Shown here: positions 38,003 to 47,111 of the stretch, one piece after another
How the letters are laid out: each line of letters opens with the position of its first letter
Numbering within the stretch: the stretch's first letter is position 1
IMG/VR virus record: IMGVR_UViG_3300035663_000011
Location: 3,364 to 67,363 of that record
Length of the DNA stretch: 64,000 nucleotides
Reading direction: 5' to 3' (one strand)
Source: a virus
The notes under the pieces: model-generated
Databases searched by the model: none
What the model was told of the DNA's origin: nothing
Seen by the model: the letters and a program-made list of their open reading frames with translations, nothing else
Program-made: the position numbers and the translations under genes

Positions 38003-38403
38003 GCTGCCCCCGAATACAAATTCCATTCAGGTGCGTCAATCGAAGCTAACAGATACATACGTGCAAACTCCAGTAATTCAGGGTTGTCTCGGAAATGCCC
38101 TAAACCGCGATTACAGTGATTACAGAGTATCCCTCGTATCTGCCCCGTTTTATGGTCGTGGTCAACTACAAGCGGACCCGTATCCCCGCAGATTACACAT
38201 TCTTGTACTTCTGATTTTAGCTTTATCAACGCTTCATCAGATATAACATTCCTAAACTTTCCGCGATTTATTCCGTTTCTATACGTAGATCGACACGAAC
38301 GGCACCAACTATCAAACCCATTTTGCTTTTTGTTGTGTGGCGGGAAAAACTCCAGCGTAGCCGGTTTTTCAGTTTTACACCGAGTGCAGTTCAACAGTTC
38401 CAT
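37999..38403 (-). CDS. Endonuclease VII-type (HNH-like) homing endonuclease
   Basis: CVICG..LVVDHDHKTGQIRGILCNHCNRGLGHFRD; lower GC than neighbours. Confidence 0.85.
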   Translation of the reverse strand: MELLNCTRCKTEKPATLEFFPPHNKKQNGFDSWCRSCRSTYRNGINRGKFRNVISDEALIKLKSEVQECVICGDTGPLVVDHDHKTGQIRGILCNHCNRGLGHFRDNPELLEFARMYLLASIDAPEWNLYSGAA

Positions 38404-38651
38404 GCGCGTAACGACAACGCTTTTCGCGTTGGGCGTCCTTTTTCGTCTTTCGTAGGACCGGGCATCCCTGACATTCTGGCGCAAAACGATTTACGTCGTG
38501 CAGCATCCTTTTTGGTTTTAGGATTTGGCGCGGGGGGCTTCAGACCCGGCTTGCCGGGGTTCGCACGGTTGTAGGAAGCCCGACCTTTGGCGTTCAATCC
38601 GCCTTTCGGGTTCTTGCCTTCGGCGCGTTGCCATGCAGGAGATTTAGCCAT
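38391..38651 (-). CDS. Small basic conserved phage protein (DUF6321-like)
   Basis: AWQR.EGKNPKGGLN.KGR..RRKSFCARM..LRAW.C. Confidence 0.7.
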   Translation of the reverse strand: MAKSPAWQRAEGKNPKGGLNAKGRASYNRANPGKPGLKPPAPNPKTKKDAARRKSFCARMSGMPGPTKDEKGRPTRKALSLRAWNC

Positions 38652-38817
38652 TGGACACCAGAGTCAGTAGTTGATTAAGGGTATTCTGCGTCTGCGACAC
38701 TTCCTTGTCGATAGATGCCACCTGTCCCTCATCGCCCAATCGCGCAGCCGTTTCCCGCTGTTTGGCGAGATAGCCCAATCTCGCTTCGGCTATGGTGATG
38801 AGTTCATTAATGGTCAT
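38644..38817 (-). CDS. 57-aa coiled-coil protein not in the ORF track
   Basis: MTINELITIAEARLGYL...NQLLTLVSNG; ATGA overlap with the upstream gene. Confidence 0.6.
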   Translation of the reverse strand: MTINELITIAEARLGYLAKQRETAARLGDEGQVASIDKEVSQTQNTLNQLLTLVSNG

Positions 38818-40424
38818 ACCAGAACCACCATCTCTTGACAGACCGTGGACAGGTGCGATTCAAGCAGCACGACATCGTAGGTGTCGGTTCCGTCAATCGC
38901 CGCGTATGCCGCCATGCGCTGCCCCAGCGTCGCCGTGCCGGACTGCAAAAAGTCGGTCGGCGTGAACGGGGACAAAACGCGATTCTCTACGTCAAAACGC
39001 CAAAGCTGGCTGACAGCCGATGCGGTGTAGACGTTGATGTAGAAGAATCGGCCTTCGCCGCCAAACGGCGAATAACACCCCGTCGTGCCAACGGTCAGCG
39101 TAGTGCTGCCGTCGTAAACGATTGCGCCAGCCCAAGTGCCGGTAATGCTTGCCGCGATGTCCAGTACGTCAAGCGTCGCCGCGCCCCCGCGCCAGAAGTA
39201 CTGAAACGAGTGGCGGGCATTTCGCGCTGCGTCCGGCACGATGCCGAACGACGGCATCCACATACCACCCGAGGCGTTGGCGGCAGGAGCCGCGCCAAAG
39301 TAGGTCGTAGACCACGCATCGTTGTTGATGGTGTTGGTGCCGTTGTTGACCGTCGCGCCGGAGTAGTTGTACGTGTAGACCGTGGTCGTCGCAGACGAAC
39401 GCACCAAGATCAGGTTCGGGTTTTCAATGACGTACTTGGCCGAGGCCGAGGGCTGCGTCGTCCACGCGGTGCCGAGGGTGTAGACCGGCGACGGCCCTGC
39501 CGTGTGCGAGGCGATGATGCGCCGCTGGCCAACAGAACCCGGAGTCGTCGTGTCCTCGACAATGCGAATCTGAAAGTTTCGATATTCGTTTGCCGCCACT
39601 ACCGCATCGCCTAGCGTGGCCTGACCCGTCAAGGTAGACGCACCAGAAGCCGTGGCCGTCAACGCCTTGAGCGACGTGCCGCTGTCGTAGGTGTACGCGC
39701 CGAGAACAAGTCCCTCACCGGGCTTATTGGTGTACGGGACGTAGAGTTCGTCCAACACGTTGATGGACGAGTCCGTGCCGATAGTCGCCGGAAGGTTGGT
39801 CGTCGAAAGGCCCGTTGACAGCGTGTTGGTGCCGACCTCAAACGACCGCCAAATGTTCGCCGCCGTCGTACCGGCACCCAGCATATACACGCGACCCGAC
39901 AGAATCTCGTAGGTTGCGCCCGTAGCCGGAGTGAACGAGAACGCGCTGTCCACTTGAATGGTCGGCGTCGTGCCGGAACTGTTTCCCGTAATCCACCGCT
40001 GCTCGGTCTTGCCCGCCGTCGTATCAACGATGCGGATGCGGAACCCGAGGTCACCGGAGCCGCCACGGTTGGCAAGCATATTGACGCCGACTGCCGTCGG
40101 AAGCGCCGTGGACAGCACCACCGAAGTCGTCGTGGCACCGGCTGCAATCGTTCCGACGAGCGCACGGGACGGGGCAAATGCCGATGCCGCACCCGCACCG
40201 AACGTACCCGCAAGAGCGGGCGACTGCACAAGGTTCCAACCCTTCGTGACGATGTTGTAGCGGTTCAGCACCGTACCTGACGCGAGGTTGTAGACGAAAG
40301 GATTGCGCGTTGTGTTGTTGCGCATATCGACCGCCATGCACGACCCCGCCGCGTGGGCGTTGGGAGACGGGGCGACCTGCGCCCACATCAGACGATCAAT
40401 GACCTTTTTGAACGTGTTAGCCAT
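38814..40424 (-). CDS. T/S/G/A-rich beta-structured virion protein
   Basis: 536 aa; internal repeat IRIV.....GxxxQ.R.I..; GAGG RBS. Confidence 0.6.
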   Translation of the reverse strand: MANTFKKVIDRLMWAQVAPSPNAHAAGSCMAVDMRNNTTRNPFVYNLASGTVLNRYNIVTKGWNLVQSPALAGTFGAGAASAFAPSRALVGTIAAGATTTSVVLSTALPTAVGVNMLANRGGSGDLGFRIRIVDTTAGKTEQRWITGNSSGTTPTIQVDSAFSFTPATGATYEILSGRVYMLGAGTTAANIWRSFEVGTNTLSTGLSTTNLPATIGTDSSINVLDELYVPYTNKPGEGLVLGAYTYDSGTSLKALTATASGASTLTGQATLGDAVVAANEYRNFQIRIVEDTTTPGSVGQRRIIASHTAGPSPVYTLGTAWTTQPSASAKYVIENPNLILVRSSATTTVYTYNYSGATVNNGTNTINNDAWSTTYFGAAPAANASGGMWMPSFGIVPDAARNARHSFQYFWRGGAATLDVLDIAASITGTWAGAIVYDGSTTLTVGTTGCYSPFGGEGRFFYINVYTASAVSQLWRFDVENRVLSPFTPTDFLQSGTATLGQRMAAYAAIDGTDTYDVVLLESHLSTVCQEMVVLV

Positions 40425-40432
40425 GTGCTACC

Positions 40433-41083
40433 TCAAGTAATGCGCGCACGGACGACTGACGCCCATGTGGCAAGGTTCTGGCCGTACACTTGGATGCGGC
40501 CTTGCAGCGTGTCGATGGTGGAAAGGTTGGTGACCGTTGAGACTGTCGTCACAGTCGTGACCGTGCCTACCGTCGTGACAGTCGGCAACGTGCCGGTAAT
40601 ACGCAGCGCCTGTAGCGACTTGTCGTAGCCTTGCGGGGCGTTCAAATAATTCAGAATGCGCGTCAGCAGCAATTGCGAATCAACGTCGGTGACTTCCAGC
40701 GTCCCGACTGCGCCGATGTCTACCGGCAGCGGGTTGGATGAACTGACACCGACGAGGTTGCCGCCAGAGTTAAAGCCAATGTAGTCGGCAGACCCCGGTA
40801 CACCCGCGCCCGTGGCGCTTGCTGCGGCGTTACCAGCAGATGCGCTTGAAACTGTCCCAACCGGGGTGTACAGCGTCCAAGCAGGAATCGCGTAGGCGTT
40901 CGGAGTACCCGACCCCGTGTCGCGGTAAACAAACAACTGCCCCGTGGAGTCTACAAATACGGTGTCCGACAGGCTTCCACCACCGCCGCCACCGCCTCCC
41001 GTGGTGGGCAGTGGGTTGCTGCTGGTTATCGGATTTCCGTTTTCGTCCAGTAACTCTGTACGGAAATCAACTATGCCAGTCAT
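40433..41083 (-). CDS. Virion protein with TVTTV repeats
   Basis: 216 aa; NPLP motifs, poly-Gly, TVTTV repeats. Confidence 0.6.
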   Translation of the reverse strand: MTGIVDFRTELLDENGNPITSSNPLPTTGGGGGGGGSLSDTVFVDSTGQLFVYRDTGSGTPNAYAIPAWTLYTPVGTVSSASAGNAAASATGAGVPGSADYIGFNSGGNLVGVSSSNPLPVDIGAVGTLEVTDVDSQLLLTRILNYLNAPQGYDKSLQALRITGTLPTVTTVGTVTTVTTVSTVTNLSTIDTLQGRIQVYGQNLATWASVVRARIT

Positions 41084-41644
41084 TTACAGACCCTCGATCA
41101 AAGCCTTGTGCTTGGCGATGATAGCGTTCTTGGCAGTAATGGCGTCCTGTTTGGCCGCTTCAGCCTCAGCCAGAGCCTTGGCAAGATCGGCTTCTTTCGC
41201 CTGCAGACGCGAGGCAAGGTTAGTCAGTTCCCTTTCCTTGGCGTCGAGTTCAGTAGTGCGTTCGTTGGCTTTCTTGACCGAATCGTTGGCTTTCTTGGTC
41301 GTTGCCTTGGCATCAGCAAGCAACTTGTCAGCGGCCAGTCTAGCTTCTTCCAAGACCTTATCAGCTTCCGCTTTGGCTTGCCGTTCTGTATCAGAGGCAA
41401 ATTTATTGGCCTCTTCAAACTTGCTGCGGGCCTCAGCGTTCAACTTTGAAGCCTGCTCTCGCAAAGCCAGAATATCAGCGGCAGGACCGACTGCTTCAAC
41501 GTATCGCTGATTTTCAGCGATCAAAGCTTGGAGTTCTTTGACTTTGGCTGTGTAGGCTTTGGAGTCCGTAACAAGCGAAATAAGGTCAAAAAGTTGATTC
41601 GCGCCACCCGAAACAGTGCCAGTAATGTCGCGAGCAATACTCAT
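41084..41644 (-). CDS. Coiled-coil protein
   Basis: 186 aa, A/K/E-rich heptads. Confidence 0.65.
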   Translation of the reverse strand: MSIARDITGTVSGGANQLFDLISLVTDSKAYTAKVKELQALIAENQRYVEAVGPAADILALREQASKLNAEARSKFEEANKFASDTERQAKAEADKVLEEARLAADKLLADAKATTKKANDSVKKANERTTELDAKERELTNLASRLQAKEADLAKALAEAEAAKQDAITAKNAIIAKHKALIEGL

Positions 41645-41970
41645 GACAAGCCTCCGCCACCCGCTTGGATGATCGTGAAGATTGCAGTGCCGGTTCCCGA
41701 GTTCCCAACAATCCGAATGCCCGTGACCGGGTAAGCGATGTTACTGTCCTTGGTTGCCGTCTGAGCAGTGAGCGACGGATGGTCCACCCAGTTTCCAGTT
41801 GCCGGGTTGTAGTCCGTTGCAAACACGTTGTCGAAGGTGTACTGCACTGTGTAATTGATCGTACCCGACACACGAACCGACAACGCGACGTTCATGGGCG
41901 AGACGTAGTGATCCGGCGTATAAACACCGGATGTCTGCGTACCTTTGATACTGAGTACTGCTGGTCTCAT
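41641..41970 (-). CDS. Small virion protein
   Basis: YTVQYTFD..YPVTGIR..QAG motif. Confidence 0.65.
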   Translation of the reverse strand: MRPAVLSIKGTQTSGVYTPDHYVSPMNVALSVRVSGTINYTVQYTFDNVFATDYNPATGNWVDHPSLTAQTATKDSNIAYPVTGIRIVGNSGTGTAIFTIIQAGGGGLS

Positions 41971-41982
41971 GGCAGCACCCGA

Positions 41983-42315
41983 TTAAGCGGAAATTACAAC
42001 GACACCATAGGTGGCTGCACCGGGGGTGACACCCGCAGCCGTAATGTTCGACGCCCTGACGGACACAGTGTTTGCCGCCGACACAAAAGCGTTGAATACG
42101 ATGCCCGCAGTCGGGGCGGCAGGGAGCGCCAAGATAACCTCATCTCCCACCGCAGCGCCCGATACCGTAAAGGTCTGCGTGTTCTGAGAAACCGCAGCAA
42201 TCAGGGGGAACGTCAGGGTTCCCGAAGTGGAAAGAACCTTGGTGATGGTGGCACCGGAGCCAGTAATGAAGCCATTCTGGGAAACTACCGGGCCACTAAA
42301 CGTAGTACGAGCCAT
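41983..42315 (-). CDS. Small virion/capsid-associated protein
   Basis: MARTTFSGPV.S.NGF start; GAGGT RBS. Confidence 0.7.
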   Translation of the reverse strand: MARTTFSGPVVSQNGFITGSGATITKVLSTSGTLTFPLIAAVSQNTQTFTVSGAAVGDEVILALPAAPTAGIVFNAFVSAANTVSVRASNITAAGVTPGAATYGVVVISA

Positions 42316-42322
42316 TGTAAAT

Positions 42323-42383
42323 ACCTCACATGCGAGTTGCGCCTGCCAGTCTGCATGTCGTCAGTCGGGGCTGTCTGGCAAGC
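42323..42383 (-). ncRNA. Candidate pseudoknotted 5'-leader RNA
   Basis: 9-bp stem gcuugccag/cuggcaggc; loop ACAUGC pairs with GCAUGU immediately 5' of SD GAGGU. Confidence 0.5.
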
Positions 42384-42401
42384 AATTTTTCCCGATACCC
42401 C

Positions 42402-42430
42402 TGTATAGCACTAAAAAAGAGGGGCCACAA
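42402..42430 (-). promoter_or_regulatory. Putative promoter overlapping the terminator
   Basis: TTGTGG-N17-TATACA with extended -10 TG. Confidence 0.45.
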
Positions 42431-42454
42431 GCCTCTAGGTAACCTGTGACCCCC
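42412..42454 (-). terminator. Rho-independent terminator after GIY-YIG gene
   Basis: ggggtcacagg...cttgtggcccc followed by tcttttttag on the - strand. Confidence 0.6.
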
Positions 42455-42497
42455 CTAGTTCCAGCTAGCTCTCTCTAGGAACAGATTCGGTATACGC

Positions 42498-43232
42498 CTA
42501 GGCGGTGGGGGAGTCAACGTACTTCATCACCCATCCAGTCAACCTCCCTCGTGTGATGGGCTTACCCGATTTCAGCGCACGATTCACCGTGGGGGATTTC
42601 AAAGACAATGCTTCACGAAGAGCTTTGATACTGGGATAGACCTGTGAAGTGCCGTCTGGCTGAATAACTACCACCCTACGGCTGACCTTCTCAATAAACG
42701 AAGCATCACGGGGCTTGCCGTAGTTGGGGTTTCGTTCTCCTGATACCGCCGCAGCAATCTTGGCTCGGACTTCGGCCGGTTTAGGTTTCCCAAGCAAATA
42801 CGCACGAATACGTTCACGTGACTCTTTTCGGTGCCGCCGTCCTCGACTATGTTTGCCGATCTTTAACTTGGCTTCAGGAGTGTGGGAGAAGGTCTTCCCC
42901 CACATGTAATTTTTTTCGCCTGACATACCAAGTGTAGGAGCAGTGGCATCAGTAGCTACGTTGTAGCAATAGTCTTTTCCAACATGCTCTTTGAGCCATA
43001 CGTTTTCCGCAGCAAGAAGGTCTGTACCTTCAGGATGTTCTTCAACAATCACGAAAGTAAACGCTTGCTCACCATACTTATTCCATGCGGCTTGGAGATG
43101 TTTGTTTGCATGATCCCCTCGGCGCAAGCGCCACCAATGTAGACGTTTTCGTCTTTTGAAATCTACGGCGCTACCGACGTAGAACTTGTTGTTGATGACG
43201 TTGATGATTTTGTATATGCCAGATTTGTTCAT
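42498..43232 (-). CDS. GIY-YIG homing endonuclease with NUMOD3-like repeats
   Basis: SGIYKI..FYVGSA..R..H; GEKNYMWGKT.SHT, GERNPNYGK. Confidence 0.9.
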   Translation of the reverse strand: MNKSGIYKIINVINNKFYVGSAVDFKRRKRLHWWRLRRGDHANKHLQAAWNKYGEQAFTFVIVEEHPEGTDLLAAENVWLKEHVGKDYCYNVATDATAPTLGMSGEKNYMWGKTFSHTPEAKLKIGKHSRGRRHRKESRERIRAYLLGKPKPAEVRAKIAAAVSGERNPNYGKPRDASFIEKVSRRVVVIQPDGTSQVYPSIKALREALSLKSPTVNRALKSGKPITRGRLTGWVMKYVDSPTA

Positions 43233-43272
43233 GTACGAGACTGTACCTTATTCAAACTAATAACACAGCAAC

Positions 43273-43300
43273 TAAAAAAGAAGGGGGCCGAAGCCCCCTT
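43273..43300 (-). terminator. Rho-independent terminator after major capsid gene
   Basis: aagggggc-ttcg-gccccctt followed by cttttttag; UUCG loop. Confidence 0.85.
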
Positions 43301-43324
43301 CCCAAACACAAAGTGCTTGTTTTA

Positions 43325-44233
43325 TCAGGACGAACCGGGCGATGCGAACATACCCAATGGGTCCGACCAGCCGAAACTGTACCTCTCTCGGCTCTTGTAG
43401 CGGACGTTGCCGGTGTCGAAATCACCATCCATCGAGTTCGCCAGCGGCGAACGGACAAAGTGCTTCATACCATTCGGAACGTCCGTGGTCAGGAACCACG
43501 CATTGGTATCAGTCAGGTAGTGGTTGACGGTGTAGCCGCCCGGAATCGACCCCATCGCCTTGAGAGCGTTGATGTCGTTATCCGCAGTCGCCACACGAAG
43601 CTCCGTGTCGAGGAGACGCTTCGCAACGAACATCAATGCCGGGGGCACGATGAGCTTACGAGGCTTCGCCGCGATCAGGAGACCACGCTCGTCGGTCCAG
43701 CCAGCAATCTGAATCACCGCAGCCTCAAGCGAAGTCTCGTTGAGGTCTGAAGCCGTCAGACGGTTGCTGTTGGTACCACCCGAGATCAGCGGATGTGCAG
43801 CCGAGAACAGCGGCTGTCCGTCACCACCCGTGTAGGCAGCAGAGAAGCCGTTGTTAAGGACCGACGCCGCCTTGACCTGCTTCGTGTACGCCATCGCTCG
43901 GGCGAGCGCCTTGGTATATCGCTTGGACAGCGAATCGTACAGGTTGTCTTCAACCGCTTCCTCCGTGATGGCGAAGCCGAGAGCAATGGTCTCGTGGTTG
44001 TAACGGGCAGTCCAAGCTTCCTGCGCGTTGTCGTACTCGATAGCCTGACCTTCAGGCTTTACCGGAGCAGCGGAGAACCCGCTGAGCTTGGTCTCTTCTT
44101 CAAAGGAACGCTCGGAAGTCTCGGTGTCGTAGATTTCCTTGTGTTCCTCACCATACTGCTTGTACTCAAGACCGAACAGGGCGTTCAAACCCGGAAGCAG
44201 TTCCTTGAGCAGTTGTGCGCGTGAAATAGCCAT
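43325..44233 (-). CDS. Major capsid protein
   Basis: MAISRAQLLKELLPGLNALFG..DFDTGNVRYKSRERYSFGWSD; followed by a strong terminator. Confidence 0.9.
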   Translation of the reverse strand: MAISRAQLLKELLPGLNALFGLEYKQYGEEHKEIYDTETSERSFEEETKLSGFSAAPVKPEGQAIEYDNAQEAWTARYNHETIALGFAITEEAVEDNLYDSLSKRYTKALARAMAYTKQVKAASVLNNGFSAAYTGGDGQPLFSAAHPLISGGTNSNRLTASDLNETSLEAAVIQIAGWTDERGLLIAAKPRKLIVPPALMFVAKRLLDTELRVATADNDINALKAMGSIPGGYTVNHYLTDTNAWFLTTDVPNGMKHFVRSPLANSMDGDFDTGNVRYKSRERYSFGWSDPLGMFASPGSS

Positions 44234-44248
44234 TTTTTACTGCTCCTA

Positions 44249-45091
44249 TTAGGCGGTTACACTGCTGTAGTAGCCGTGGGTGAGGACATTCATCTTGACC
44301 AACACCTCCGGATACACAGTGAACACGATGGAAGATGCCGCCGGGATAGCCGTTACGCCGCCCGGAACCGCAATTGCCGCATTCAGCGTGACCGCCGTAT
44401 CACCCGCAGCCGCAGCCGCAGTGACAAACGAACTCGTCTGAATAAGCTGACCGTTTGCGGCTACATAAGCCACGCTCGTACCCACCGGAATCGCGGCAGG
44501 AAGCCCCGTTCCCGTAAGGGTGATTGCCGTGCCGCTCGATGAGCCGGTAGCCGGAATACTATACGAGGTCTCGTTCACAACACCCACACAACGAACCGGG
44601 AGGATCGTCGAAACAGGAGTCGCAGTCGGGGCAAGGATCGCGTTGGCCGAATTGCCGGTATTCGCCGAACCCGTGTTGTTGATGCACGAGAGGTTGGTAC
44701 CAACCATCGCCATAGCGCCCGAAGCCAAGGTCGTGCCCGACGAGCAGATAGCCGCACGGAAGACGGTATCCGGATCGTCACAGACATACGCCACCGCATC
44801 ACCAGCCTGCACCGAAGCGGGCCAATACTGCGAGAACTGCTTCTGCTTGGTGATCGGGTTCGTATAAGCGCAACCCAAGAAAACGCCCGTCACAGCGTTC
44901 GACGAGGTCGTAGCCCCAATCGAAGCGCGAGTGACAAAGCCACGGGACAGCACGACAAAATCGCCATAGAAAATGTCCGTGGCGTAGGCGTACTGGATCG
45001 GGTACTCGCGGGTGGACCCCACGAACACCTGACCGCCGATCAAATTGATCGGTTTCAGGCCATACGGCCTGTCAACGGTAGGATATGCCAT
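44249..45091 (-). CDS. Capsid-associated (decoration/minor capsid) protein
   Basis: PYGLKP..IFYGD.V..GVFLGC.YT..DDPD; immediately upstream of MCP. Confidence 0.65.
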   Translation of the reverse strand: MAYPTVDRPYGLKPINLIGGQVFVGSTREYPIQYAYATDIFYGDFVVLSRGFVTRASIGATTSSNAVTGVFLGCAYTNPITKQKQFSQYWPASVQAGDAVAYVCDDPDTVFRAAICSSGTTLASGAMAMVGTNLSCINNTGSANTGNSANAILAPTATPVSTILPVRCVGVVNETSYSIPATGSSSGTAITLTGTGLPAAIPVGTSVAYVAANGQLIQTSSFVTAAAAAGDTAVTLNAAIAVPGGVTAIPAASSIVFTVYPEVLVKMNVLTHGYYSSVTA

Positions 45092-45109
45092 TTGTTACTC
45101 CAAAAAAGT

Positions 45110-45559
45110 TTATTTACCCTTACCGAACGACGTAGTCGATCTGCGTTCATTGAACAGCGGCATTCGCTCGTCATTCAGCCTCATGAAGTTGTTGTCTACA
45201 GACTGAATCTGCGCCTTTGACTGCTGGGCGTAATACGCATCACGCTGCTTCATCAAATCAGCAGGAGCCTTGCACAACAACAGACCACCGATCTCGATAT
45301 TCCCCTTGAATTTGGAGTTCGGATCGGCAACGTGCATCAACTCCGGATGATCTTCGGCCTTCACAGGCTCCCAACCTTCACGGAGTTTTGCGGAAGTATT
45401 CGACGGATCAGCAACACCCATCGTACTAGTCCGGATATATCGAAAGACCCAACCCGGCTGTGGCGCAGGGGCCGGAAGCGTCTGAGGTGGGGTCCAAGTT
45501 TTTACGCGCTGCGCGGATTCCCGATTTTCGAGTTCACGTGCGAGTCGATTCTCAGCCAT
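45110..45559 (-). CDS. Conserved head-module protein
   Basis: W.PP..LP..REGWEPV..GGLLLCK. Confidence 0.7.
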   Translation of the reverse strand: MAENRLARELENRESAQRVKTWTPPQTLPAPAPQPGWVFRYIRTSTMGVADPSNTSAKLREGWEPVKAEDHPELMHVADPNSKFKGNIEIGGLLLCKAPADLMKQRDAYYAQQSKAQIQSVDNNFMRLNDERMPLFNERRSTTSFGKGK

Positions 45560-45560
45560 T

Positions 45561-46538
45561 TTAGTTAGCCTCCAGTTTCAGAACTTCTCGTGCATACTGC
45601 TCGTTGCTCAGTCCAAATTTCTTGGCGATAGCAACTTGAGTTGGAGTCAGGCGTACCTGACGTGGCGCGGTTGCCCGCGTTACCGGAGCCACTACATTGG
45701 CTGGTTTCGTGCGAGTAGGCTTCTCAGCCTCTCTCGTTTGAGTCTGCTCTTCACCGAAAGACTCGGGGAATCGCTTCCTCATTGTCGCGTTAACTCGGTC
45801 GTAGTATTCGTCGCTACGCGGATCGACTCCAGACCGGACCAATTTCTCGTGCAGTCCCAAAGCGAGGGCGGTCATCTCCTCGTCTGTGCCAAACCACGGA
45901 TTATTCTCTTTCCACGCTTCCGCTTTTTGATCGACAGCGGGCTGAGATACCGTGGGCACTTGGTACTGTTGTGGCTGTTGTACTACTGATTCCTCTTCTT
46001 GTAAAGAGGGCCGGAAATTTTCGTACTGCTTGATCCGGAACTTGGCTTCCGTCAAAGCCTCTTGGGCGTCGGTGATCTTCTCCGCATCCCCGGCTTCGTA
46101 TGCCTGCTTCAGACGCTCCTTGGCTACAGCGAGTTCATTGGTCGCCGCCTTGGTGACCTCCTGCACATAAGCCTTCTCGCCATTACCGAGACGCTGCTTA
46201 AGCTGCCGGTTCTCCTGCTCTCGCTGGTTGGCAACGGTCAACTGATACTGGGCGAACCGGAGGGCTTCTTCCTTCTCACGAGCAGCGGCTTCCTTGGCAC
46301 GGCGTTCATCGTGCCAGACCTTCTTCATCTGTGAGAGGCGCTTCTTGACCTTGTCGGAATACTCCTCAAGGTCGTCCTTCTCCAGTTCCTCCACTACCTC
46401 TCTAGGCAGCGGGACGCGCCCGCGATCCTGTGGCGGGGTATCGTCTTCGATCTTGATCTCAATCTCAGGTTCAGCCTGCGTACCAACTTTTGCTTCAGGC
46501 TGCTCATCCGGAAACTTGAATTCTGTCTGTTCGGTCAT
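45561..46538 (-). CDS. Scaffolding protein (putative)
   Basis: Acidic coiled coil, NPWFG.D..MT, LTP.QVAIAKK.G; between portal and MCP. Confidence 0.7.
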   Translation of the reverse strand: MTEQTEFKFPDEQPEAKVGTQAEPEIEIKIEDDTPPQDRGRVPLPREVVEELEKDDLEEYSDKVKKRLSQMKKVWHDERRAKEAAAREKEEALRFAQYQLTVANQREQENRQLKQRLGNGEKAYVQEVTKAATNELAVAKERLKQAYEAGDAEKITDAQEALTEAKFRIKQYENFRPSLQEEESVVQQPQQYQVPTVSQPAVDQKAEAWKENNPWFGTDEEMTALALGLHEKLVRSGVDPRSDEYYDRVNATMRKRFPESFGEEQTQTREAEKPTRTKPANVVAPVTRATAPRQVRLTPTQVAIAKKFGLSNEQYAREVLKLEAN

Positions 46539-46548
46539 GGTTTACTCC

Positions 46549-46926
46549 TTATGCGCGGCGAATTCCACGGGGGTCTTGCACCACCGCTTCCACCGTATCG
46601 TCGTTGATGAGGCGGAACTCTCGACCGTGGATGACCACGCGAGTACCGGAATACGGACGGGTGAGGACGAAATCGCCTTCCTTGCACCACGGACCATTGG
46701 GGAATCGGTCCTTGTCCTTGTAACAGAGGTCACCCATCTTCACGACAAAGAGGACGACGGTAGTCAGTTCCTCAGTTCGCTTGGTGTCGTCTGCCTTGAT
46801 GATCCCACCCTCAAACTCCTCCTCTACGTGCGGAACTGCACATAGCATCCGGTAGCCCTTGGGTTCTGGCAGGAGTTTGGCCTTGGCGGCTTCTTCCTGA
46901 GTCTTCTGTATGTCGATGCTGCTCAC
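46549..46926 (-). CDS. groES: GroES-like co-chaperonin
   Basis: P.GYR.L..GGII..VVKMG..GDFV...YSG...G.EFRLINDD. Confidence 0.8.
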   Translation of the reverse strand: MSSIDIQKTQEEAAKAKLLPEPKGYRMLCAVPHVEEEFEGGIIKADDTKRTEELTTVVLFVVKMGDLCYKDKDRFPNGPWCKEGDFVLTRPYSGTRVVIHGREFRLINDDTVEAVVQDPRGIRRA

Positions 46927-47111
46927 TCTTCTTCCATCCTCTTTGCAAGGTCTTTGATGTAGTTACGTGCGAGGTCTAGACCCTGTAACGCCCCGCATAA
47001 CCTTCTGTACTCACCTTCATTCATATTGCCTTGAATGATGCTTTCCACGATCAATGTGCGCTCGTCTTGGAGTTTTGAATCCAAGTATTCCAAAGCGTTT
47101 GAATACGCCAT
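46923..47111 (-). CDS. Small conserved protein
   Basis: 62 aa, EY..LCG..QGL; between portal and GroES. Confidence 0.65.
   Translation of the reverse strand: MAYSNALEYLDSKLQDERTLIVESIIQGNMNEGEYRRLCGALQGLDLARNYIKDLAKRMEEE

Noticed and set aside
42324-42365. CUGACGA followed by a stem resembles a hammerhead ribozyme core
   Set aside because: The required GAAA after stem II is absent (UGAGG instead) and stems I/III could not be built
42498-43232. GIY-YIG gene as part of a group I intron in the capsid gene
   Set aside because: The MCP ORF appears complete and is followed by a terminator; no interrupted exon or intron core was seen
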